The notes under the pieces: generated by a model | What the model saw: the letters and a program-made list of their open reading frames with translations, nothing else | What the model was told of the DNA's origin: nothing | The model's database searches: none | Translations under genes and position numbers: made by a program | In this document: positions 12,721 to 22,900 of the stretch, in pieces | How positions within the stretch are numbered: position 1 is the stretch's first letter | Layout of the letters: the number at the start of each line of letters is the position of its first letter | Assembly (NCBI GenBank): GCA_965649765.1 | Contig: OZ287750.1 | Span: 74,710,001-74,774,000, forward strand | Origin: Bispira polyomma | Lineage: Eukaryota | Reading direction: 5' to 3' | Length of the DNA stretch: 64,000 nucleotides

Positions 12721-15465
12721 CAGTTAAAGAGAAACAGAGAAGCAAGGGTTCTGAAATTTGCCACATTAGCTAAAACTTGCAATATTAAAAAACTTTAAAT
12801 AAAACGAGACAAATCTAAAAATTACTTGAAACAGACTTGCCGTGGTCAAAAAATGGAATTTTTAGATGGAATATGTACAACATTTTCACCGAATTTACAA
12901 TAGGTTTTACATTTGATAAATATCAATAAATTTTGATAAGCATGTTGCAAATTTAGAGTATCCTTATTTTCTGTGCACAAGCAATAGATTTTGACACGCC
13001 AGCAGAATTTGATCTAATATAAAGGAACCATGTGGAATTTAAAATCTTCACTTCGTCTAATGTACATTGAAAAGCATTCTACACCATGGACATTTCACCA
13101 TTCTAACAGTGTCTTTTATTCAGTAAAGCAGAATTTAAATTGGATCTAGTGTGAATCAGCGTGCTTGTGTGTAATTTATCAATCACTGTTGATGTTCTAG
13201 AACATCGTCTATAAAATACTAGTTCAACTACTTTCTTAGTCACTGCAACACAATTAAGCCTTAGAACAACATTTACAGTATGATTTCCATCTTAAAATAC
13301 ACACAATTAAATCCCCAAAAACTTGTGTAGCTTTCAGAAATAAAGCCACACATACCACAGGTCTCTTATTAAATTCATACATTTGTTACACAAGAAAATC
13401 AAGTTTTCAATCTAGTTATTTTTTTTGATCTTCCAGATTCCTTTATGTATTTTCAGTTTTGAGGTCTAGAATTCGATATCACTATTTGAATATTTCTAAA
13501 CCTTATTGCACATAATTAAAATAAATAAAACTAATATATACAAAAACATTTTGAAACAGAATCGATATATTCCACCGAGTGAAAAGGTCTGTACAAAACA
13601 AAGTAAGCTTTTACCCAAGAGCAAGGCATGTAGTCTTATTTTGTTTTTGTCTTGAGCAATATGATTGGCTGACAATGTTGCTTTAACAAATCTCATTGGC
13701 TCTTAGTAAAAAAGCTTTTTCTAAGAAAAAGGCATGTATTCTGATTTATTTGTTTTGTCTTAAGTAATTTGTTTGGCTGAAAGTGTTAAGATGAATCTGA
13801 TTGGCTCAGAACAAGAAAATTCTCTTCTAAGAACGTGTATCAGGATCACTCTTTAAAATATGTATAACTAAAAACTTATTTACTATGATAAAGCAAGTTA
13901 ATACTGCCTAAAAAGGCAATCCAGGCTAACTGGTACTATATTTGTAAACTTGAAAAGGGACTATACATGTATGTATACGATTGTTCTACTTGTAAAAACA
14001 CTCAAAATCTCACCAATTGACAATAGATTCGAAACAAGCTAAAGTCCTTATATTATAGGAAGTCATTATTTTATGAAAAGCAGCATCTTCACTTGTTGGT
14101 AAATTTTAGGACAAGTTTCTCAACTGCAGAATTTTGAGCGATTCTGTGAAAATACAATTACATGTAGATGTCCGTCCAGACAAGCAAAGGCCTCATAATG
14201 TTCTTGTGTATTACAAATATAAGGTAGAATTGAATTCAGTCATCCTTTCTTTAATTTTAACAGATTTAGGTAAATATCCAAATACAGAGTTTTACCACAT
14301 CTACAACTGGACAGGCTGTATCGCAATAACATTTATTCTTTTAATAAAAAATAAAACCAATTATTATCACTTACTATCAAGTAGTACCGATTCTAGTCTC
14401 ATGTTTCTCAAACACTACATCGTTGTTATGGAATGTCCATATTACTGTTGAAACTCCACCAAACGATTTCACAAAACACTCCCTAAATGTATAGGTTTCA
14501 TATATTCTTATAAACAGTCCATAGGACTTCTTGGCTATACTAAATAATTAATTGGAGATTTCCAAAACTTTGTGGAATCATGTTCTAAACATTTTCAGAC
14601 AATCCACAGAAAAACCTGTACATTTCAGAAAGTATGGTTGAATGTTTGAGTAATGTGGCTTCGACTAGAAATTGAACATTTTTTTTCTTGCTGTGATTTT
14701 CACTCTCCGTATTAATATTATAAACAATATTTATCACGCAAATCTTTCCTTCTATCTGGAAAAACACATATAATTCGATTTTTCACTTCTAATGCAGCTT
14801 TACCTCTGAATGAACTTTGATTAGTACTAATAAATATTACAGTATGCACAAATAAATATATTAAACGTGGCAGTTTAAAAGAAAATAGAACATAGTTTGG
14901 CTACACATCTGTACAAAAGGGAGAAGAAACGAAAAGGCATACAGGCAAGACTTTTCAAATTATTGGTTTTACAAAACACACACACCCCACACTATACACA
15001 TTCAACCCAGTGGTACAGATTCCAAAAAATATAAACCACAACTGTAAAACTAACTTGCCTTGTTAATACATAAATTAAAATAAAGTACAGTGTATATAAA
15101 TACGACTTACAAACGACATACGTTACAAATTCTATTTCTAATGTGGGTTTTTTTTACATCAAAAGAAAAATTAGTGTCTAAAAGAAGGACACATATACAG
15201 AGAAATGACACTTCACAGTCTCTAAAAGATCAGTAAAAGAAACAACACTGGTTTGCATATCAGTTATTCACCCCCCCCCCCCCCCCCCCCTAAATATGTA
15301 GTTACATCAACAACACAATGCACCACACAGCCCATTTTTCTCCCAAATTCATGCACTCCAAATTTGGTTAGTTAGTTTAGTTGTGTGAATAAATTATTGC
15401 TGCACAATTTTTATATAACAACAAGAAATAAAATATGTACAAAAGCCAGATTTTTAGATAATAGT

Positions 15466-15638
15466 TACCCTAAACTCTCTCTGAACAGACCATGCTTTCA
15501 TAAGAGCACACCCCTAGTTTTCTATAAATACTGTTGAAATTTTAAATAGAAAAATCACCTTCTCTTTCGAGCCCACCCCCTACATTTCCTTAAAGTTACG
15601 TTAAAAGCCCAAAGGCTCTTCAGAGAGAGTTCAGGGTA
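15466..15638. mobile_element. MITE family 4, TA-flanked (copy at 46244-46415)
   Basis: TIR TACCCTRAACTCTCTCTGAA...TTCAGAGAGAGTTCAGGGTA. Confidence 0.85.
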
Positions 15639-15759
15639 CATAAAAAGACGTCCTACATGTATTCTAGATTCAGACACAAGGATTCTGAGGTTTAATAATT
15701 GGGGTTGTAGTTGTAAAAGAATTTGAATTTAGTTGCTTTGCAACAGCTTATGGTGTCAT

Positions 15760-15940
15760 ATCACAACAATCAGATTCAATGGTGAGAAAAAACCAGTGAT
15801 GAAGCCACTGTGTAAACCACTGACCTTTGGCCAAGTACCTGACAAACTTTCCCACATGAAGGAACAAGCAGGATTCAAATCCACATTGGTGAGAGGTAAT
15901 TGACTGTGAAGCAGGCACTTCTAACCACTAGGCCATAGTG
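15760..15940 (-). mobile_element. Older tRNA-SINE copy inside the putative 3' UTR
   Basis: Homology to 26490-26705. Confidence 0.7.
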
Positions 15941-16419
15941 CTATTTGTAAAAGTATCTCACAGTTACATCTCTGTCTTTTAATGAACCATTTAATGTACA
16001 AAAGAAAGATATAGAAAGATATGCACCAACCATTTTTGACATATATTTATGCATATATATGACGTATATTTTTGTTTCATTGTTGAAAATTCCACTAAAA
16101 TGTTATGGTGAAATATCTAGTCGATATCGACTAACATCAACAGGTAGAAGCCAATTACAAACGACAAACTATGTCCTTGTCCATCAATTATCAGTATTAT
16201 TTTCAGTGTACAAGTTTTGGTACATACTAACACAGAAGGATATTGCACATAATATATTAAACACATCCGAAACTCAATGCAACACAATAATCTGTCAGAA
16301 ATTACCTCGATAAAATCAAATACTGGTAACTCTGTTTGGTATAACCCACATTTCATCAACACTCTCACTGTCCCAAGCCCAATTGTCTATTAATAGAGTT
16401 GCAATTTTTAAACTGAAAA

Positions 16420-16753
16420 TCCACACTCTCAAAAGAGCCTATGCCCTACTTTTTCTTAATCATGAGTTAAAAATACCTTGGGCTTTATTCTAGAGAATTA
16501 ATAGCCCTACTTTTTCTTAAGTAGAAGTTAAAAAAGACTACTTTTTCTTAAATGGGAGTTCAAAAAACCCTACTTTTTCTTAAGTGCAAGTTAAAAGCCT
16601 TACTTTTTCTTAAGTGTGAGTTAAAAGCCCTACTTTTTCTTATGTGTGAGTTAAAAGCCCATACATTTTCTTTAGGTTTCAGTTAAAGGCCGGTAGTTTT
16701 TCTTTATGTTTCAGTTAAAAGCCCATGGACTTTACTGAGAGTTTCCGAGTATA
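16420..16753. repeat. ~31 bp minisatellite (GAGTTAAAAGCCCTACTTTTTCTTAAGTGT), about 8 units, derived from MITE family 4
   Basis: Tandem units end in AAAGCCCATGGACTTTACTGAGAGTTTCCGAGTA, which resembles the family 4 right end. Confidence 0.8.
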
Positions 16754-17106
16754 CTGAGTTGATAAAATCACCCACATATTCTAACCACATACTGTTAATA
16801 CAGGACAGAACCTGTTTTGCTATGGGAGTATATTTTGATATAGTGTGCTTCCTTTGTATTTACATCTATAGTACACACACACACGCCTGTCACAATATAC
16901 ATATAGAAAAACCTTGTGTTAAAACTACAAAACCAGCTAACTATGTTAGAAGGTAGAAACCTCTACTCACTTTGGGGAGGTAAATGTATACATACACATA
17001 TATTAGGACTGTACAAGTACTGGTAACAAGTAATTGTTTAGTGAAATATTTTCCAACATGTGTTGATATTTGAACATTTCTAACAACTTTTAATTCTCCA
17101 TGCTTT

Positions 17107-17284
17107 TAAAGGGGCGATATACTTGGCGATAAATCCCGCTGATAACCAGCCAGCGTTTTAACAAATCTCAGCTGTGTACAATACTTGAAACAAAACACTG
17201 AACAGTTTTTGAGCTGATTATTGTTCAGGATTCAATCTTTACAAAAAACTTTATACATCTTTGATTAGCCACTTTCCCCTTTTT
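17107..17284. mobile_element. Possible Kolobok-like MITE
   Basis: TTAA|AGGGGCGAT...CACTTTCCCCT|TTTT, with a CpG-richer left end. Confidence 0.35.
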
Positions 17285-19487
17285 GAAGTGTAATTAGATG
17301 ACCTTGTATTTTAAACCATGTTTAAACATTTGTTCTTTTCTGTTTCTAAAGGTTTTTACAAATCTGAACTTTCAGTTAAGAATAGTTTTTGAGATATAGT
17401 CCAGCCAGGTCTGACAAGGTCAAACCCTGAAAATTGAGTTTAGGATAGTATATTTAGTTTCTTACATGTATACATATTTCTAAGATTTATTGGTATTGAT
17501 ATTTACCATGTAAATCATCCATAATATTGTAAATATATTGATCTCACTACATCCTGATTTAAAGTTTAGATACTCACAAGTATATATATGAATAATACAT
17601 ATATATATATATGTCCCCATTATTAAATAAAGGAAAAAATAAATAACATTAACACTTTTAACCTAGAAAAAAACCACACACAGCTAACACAAACTGTCAA
17701 AATTTGCATTACACATATAAAATGTACAAAGTAAGAATATACACGTATATGAAATGTTTTTACTTTTACATAACAAAAATATTTTTTTTGTCATAGAATA
17801 TATTATTCTTACTATCTGTGTAAGAAGAGTATGTCATCGAAAATTCGCCATATATCTGAATTTTTGCTAATAGTTAAAAATTCCTCAACCTCCTTAATGG
17901 GGACACAAATAAAACAGTAATCTTAGAACTTTCAAAAAGTGTAAATACACACAAATTCAGAGACCCCCAAAAACAATTAAATACAATTACTGGTACTCGT
18001 ACACTTGAATAGTGGGTAAAAATCTAGATATATGAAGAAAGTTAGATGTTTTTTTGTTACTCTCTCTCTATATATATATATATATATATTAAAAAAAAGA
18101 CTAGAATGTACAATGCGCTGGTACTTCAACAACAATAATTAAGTACCTTCCATAACGACACGTCTAAAAGGTACCAAATAAAAGAGAGAGGGTACCATAT
18201 AACAACTAAGATCATGCGCTATCACTACTAGCGCTTGTGATACCAACACATGGGTTCAGTTCCCTCTGGAGGAGAATAACAAAACGACATTTAAAAAAAA
18301 CAGATCCAGCTGTGAAGTCAGAGACAGATACCATAAAAAAGTGGAAGTTTGAGCTGGATAAAAATTTCATTATTTTTGTTTGTTTGAGAAGTTCACTGGG
18401 ATTCATCTTTTAAAAGATCAAATACAGTAGAACCTCTGTTATCCGAACATCAATTATCTGAATATTTAATTTCATGAACAAAATTTCACTCTCCTAAATT
18501 TAGGTTTTTCTATTGTTTTATACAGAAACGTCTCTTCTATTTTATAAACATTCTGTTATCTGAAAACTATCTTGCTCTCCTATCATGTTCGGATAATAGA
18601 AGTTTTAAGTTCACTATCCTAACTCACTAGTTACAATTAATGGAACAAATGCACTTTACCGGTACCAATTACGTTTGTTTATTTTGAATTTTTCCAAAAT
18701 AGCGAGAAAAAAAAAAAGATTAAAATTGTCCTTTCGAAGAATTTTTACACAAATTAATAGAGGATTAGGAATTATTAGATTTCAGGAATTATTTAAAACA
18801 CAACTTACAGAAGATGAAAAACAACTGTCATGACTTATCCCGGCAACCAAATTACACTAACCTAATTACTTCTTGTTATAATCTTGTGATCTGAGTTTTA
18901 AATTAAAAAGATCAATTTGAACACTTCAAAGGATTCCGAGATTGTTGCTCCTGTAAACCTGTAAAAGCATTCTTCTTTTGGACAATTGACATACATACAT
19001 CTCAATTGCTTCTTTTCTCATGATTTTTACACCAGATAATTAAATTTCATCATGACCAACAAAACATCACTTCAGAATATGCATTTTTCTTTATAATATT
19101 GATAATAATAATTCAAAACTGTATTGTAAACCAAAAGCCACAGAGAATCTTTACATTTTTTTTGGCAAGGTTTAAATACCAAAAAATACAGGACTATTGC
19201 AACACATTTGGATATTGTCACGGAAGCCTACACTGTCAAAAATCAACTGACTTGATAATGACAGGCATATATATATCCCACTGCTTTTATAATCTTAATA
19301 TAACAGCCGTGAGAGAATCTAATAGAAATAATGGCACTTGTATTAATTTATTAAACAGAATATGGCACCCTGCAATGCCAGTACCTCTTTTGAACTCTAC
19401 TGAATAAACAGGTAATGTCCACAAAAACATGTTTCTGTAAAAAAACTGATATTAAATGGAGCACTTGGCTTTCTCTGATGTTACCAG

Positions 19488-19645
19488 TACAGTATAACTT
19501 ATATTATCCGAATATTCAATTTGGTAAAATCTGTTTCACTTTCCTATTATGTTATACTACAGTATCTCTTCTATTTAACAGACCTTCTATTATCCAAACA
19601 TGTTTTACTCTCCAAATGTGGTTGGATAATAGAGGTTCAACTGTA
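19488..19645. mobile_element. Tc1/mariner-type MITE family 5 (TACAGTAGAACCTCT..TTATCCGAAC); further degenerate copies at ~18423-18608, ~12117-12330, ~27645-27855, ~36975-37170, ~40625 and ~62260-62350
   Basis: TA|CAG...CTG|TA termini with imperfect ~25 bp TIRs. Confidence 0.75.
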
Positions 19646-19833
19646 TAACAATAGGCTAGGTTTTTACCCATGATACTGTGTGTGGGTGTAAACAATTACC
19701 AACACAATAGATGTATATGATAATAGCTTTTTGTGAGAGAAAATCCAGAGAGAAGGGAGACTCTTTAATAGTAGTTTATCTAAAGAGATACATATAAAGA
19801 CAAGAGAGATACAAAGAGTGATACACTAGGTCA

Positions 19834-19962
19834 TTATTGCTGCATGCTGAAATAGTCCGGATGTGAGGGGTCTGAGGGAGTGTCTTTTTCAAACAATTTG
19901 GCCTCTTCTTGCATGCTTTGCTTGATTTTTAAGATCTCTGCTGACTCGTTTTGATCATTCGG
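19834..19962 (-). CDS. SSBP3: Ssdp last coding exon K (129 nt incl. stop): PNDQNESAEILKIKQSMQEEAKLFEKDTPSDPSHPDYFSMQQ*
   Basis: TTTTTCAG acceptor, phase 0, ends TAA TGA; the ESAxILKIKxSMQEEAKxFEK helix is typical of invertebrate Ssdp C-termini. Confidence 0.92.
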   Translation of the reverse strand, partial: PNDQNESAEILKIKQSMQEEAKLFEKDTPSDPSHPDYFSMQQ

Positions 19963-22900
19963 CTGAAAAACAAAAGATGTAAAGAATACACAAAATTATA
20001 ATAAAGTTAAACAATTTTCTTTTTCTTAGTTCCTGCATGATGTTTATAGTTTGAGTGTGTATACTGAAGTTTGCAATAGTTATTTCACATCAACAAAGTA
20101 GCGACCATACCTAAAGATAACAAATTGTTGAAACCTGATAATCAAAGGGTGTATTTTTTTTTCAAAGAGCCATTGAAATCCATGGTCTAATATAATTTAA
20201 ACCCCCACAAATATGAAATAAAATTTTTTTTAAACAATTTCAGAAACATTCTATAAATATATTTGTACAGATTTACAGTATAACAGATTCTTAGAGTATT
20301 CTGTTGGTAGCATTTTGTTATTTGAAAGTTATCATCAGTTGAGTAAGCCTTTCATATTCCCATATGGCTGAAATTCTCAGGGATAAAAACTATTTAACTG
20401 TGGGCATATTGTGGTATACAAACATACAAACGTGAGACCAAACTGTTATTCTCTCTATTATTACATCATATTTAGCAGGTATCTATATTTCACTAGTTTA
20501 CGGTAGTAATACTCACCCCAGGCGTGCGTCACCTTTTTATGTGTGGCTCTATTTCACTTCTTACAGTACTTACCCTAGGCGCGTTTATATATTTCCTATA
20601 TTGCTATATTTCACTAATTTACGGTAATCAACCCATGTCTTTATTTCACTACCTTACAGTATTATCACTCACCCCAGGCATGGGTCCAGATTTTCCATGT
20701 GTCAATATTTTATTACCTTTACATTACCAAACCCATGTGCCTATATTTTACTACCTTACAGTACTAACACACTCACCCCAGGCGTGTGTCCAGGTGCCAT
20801 GTTTTCCTGGTAAGTGAGGCTATAATTGCTCATGTCTGAGTGTGGCGCCCCGCTCACGGGCGGCATGTGATCGTCTCGTGGGGTGCCTGGACCCCCACCC
20901 ACAGCACCGGAATTGTGTCCCGGCGAATGCTTCACACCTCCTCCACCCCCTGCTCCCACTCCTGACGACGTCTCAGGTCCTAATGTGTCACCTGGAAGGT
21001 AAGAACACAAACAGGTGAAATGAGGGTACAGTAGTGCTGGCTGTAGTTGGACGAGATTGATGGTCACATATGTGGTACGAGTTAAACTCAGGTTAAACTC
21101 GAGTAGACAAAAAAACTTGCACAATTGGCATGAACCAATCTCAGGAATCAGTCCACCTATAAGGTGGCTTATGTAAAAATATAATCTATCGAAAAATTTA
21201 GTACTGTTTTGTCAGTTTTTAAGCTAAAGATATGATGTTGGGAGTTGTTGTTATTTGTTTGGGGTTTACACGTGTGCAACTCGAGTGATTAATTGCAAGA
21301 CCCTATGTATGCTTCAATTATCACCCAACGAGTTTAAGTTTTGCAACAGCGCTAGTGTAGAGCCTTATCTTTCCCTAAATGCCAGCAGCAAGGATCGAAC
21401 CGGGGCACTGAGATCAATCAGATCCAAAGTCCGACCCCTTAACCGCTAGGCCACAGAGACCATTAATGCATCTTCCAATTGGTGAAACTTCCATTATCCC
21501 AACAGAAGAGGTTTTAGTGGCCAATTTTAGATTCTTTACTCTACATATAACACTAAATGAAACTTAGATATGTTACCAGACTGTGTAAAGAAGAACCAGA
21601 CCATACACAGTTGAAGAAATGCCTCGATTTTTACTGGACTTTCAGGTTCTTTAAGTCTGAAAACTTGCTAGACCTGCAAAAGAGTTGCTAGTCAATGGCC
21701 AGTGTTAATATATTGCACGCTCCTTATAATGTAACAAGGACTCACCGTTTCCGTTCATCATGGCTGGGTTAATTCCGTCAGGACCCATTGGGCCTGGCAT
21801 CCCTGTTCCTTGGTTCATGTCTGGTCCAAACTGAAAGTACAAAATACAAGACAAGTTAAGACACCTACAGTCAACATAAAACAGTGAAACCCCATAAGGA
21901 ATGACTACTCAAGGGGCAATACCCCAGGAACTGGTCTGTACAGAGAGGTATTAAACTTACAGTGAATTTCCATTAAGTAGAACTCTGTAAAGTCAATTTC
22001 CCTTTTATGTGAAGCAAAATCAAAAGTCCCAATAAAGCATTTTTTTTTTTTTTTAATCTACCAAAGTAAATGAAAATCCTGCTCAAGTAGAGGTATTTTT
22101 CCTTGTCCCTTGAGGTTAAACTTGGAAGGGGTCAACAGTAACTTTTAACATGTCAGGCTTGTGTCCTCAATTCTGTCTGGTCTAGAAGTATAGCATTGTA
22201 AAAACCAGGACTAATACGTATGAATGGCCAAAACCACTTTCCTCATTGAGGCTAATGATGTCATGTTACATATTACCTCCAGTAACTTAAATATATTTTA
22301 AAATATAGGATGATTTGGGCTATGCTTTTGATATTTTGACATGTAATTACATGGTAACATACATGCTTAATATACTAAAATTCATAAAATCAACTGGGGA
22401 ATTATATTGTACTTTGAATTTCATTAATTACATACTTGCATCATCCTAGTATATGATTTATTTAGTCAACTATAGTCAATAGTGAAAAGAGTTGTACACC
22501 AATCTTAACAAGGTCCTTGATTGAGTGCTATTCTTTATATGGCCTTTTTGAGATATGTTTCGGCTTTTGACTGTGGTTGGCTGGTACAAACTAAAGCATT
22601 TGTTAGGCTAACGTAAATACACTTCATGCAATATAGAATTTAATCAATAGTCCACAAACATCCCACTGACCCCTGATCAATAATCGAAAAAGCTATAGAA
22701 CACCATTAACGAGGTCTTTGATTCAGTAGTATTCCTGATATGGCTATTGAGAGAGGTTTTGGCTATTGACCGTAGTTGATTGGCTCAAACTAAAGCATTT
22801 CTTAGGCTAGCGTAAATATATTTCATGTAATAAAATTAAATCAACATCCTACTGACCCCTGGCATTCCTCCAGGTCCCATATTAGGCTTCATCATACTGT

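Larger units (their letters stand above)
9840..19833 (-). other. Putative long (~10 kb) Ssdp 3' UTR with a candidate distal AATAAA at 9843-9848
   Basis: U-rich on the minus strand, no exon structure, many miRNA seed matches and Pumilio elements; an old LINE relic starts just beyond 9800. The 3' end is inferred only. Confidence 0.45.

Noticed and set aside
19828-19836. Stop-codon readthrough of Ssdp
   Set aside because: Tandem TAA TGA stops make readthrough implausible.
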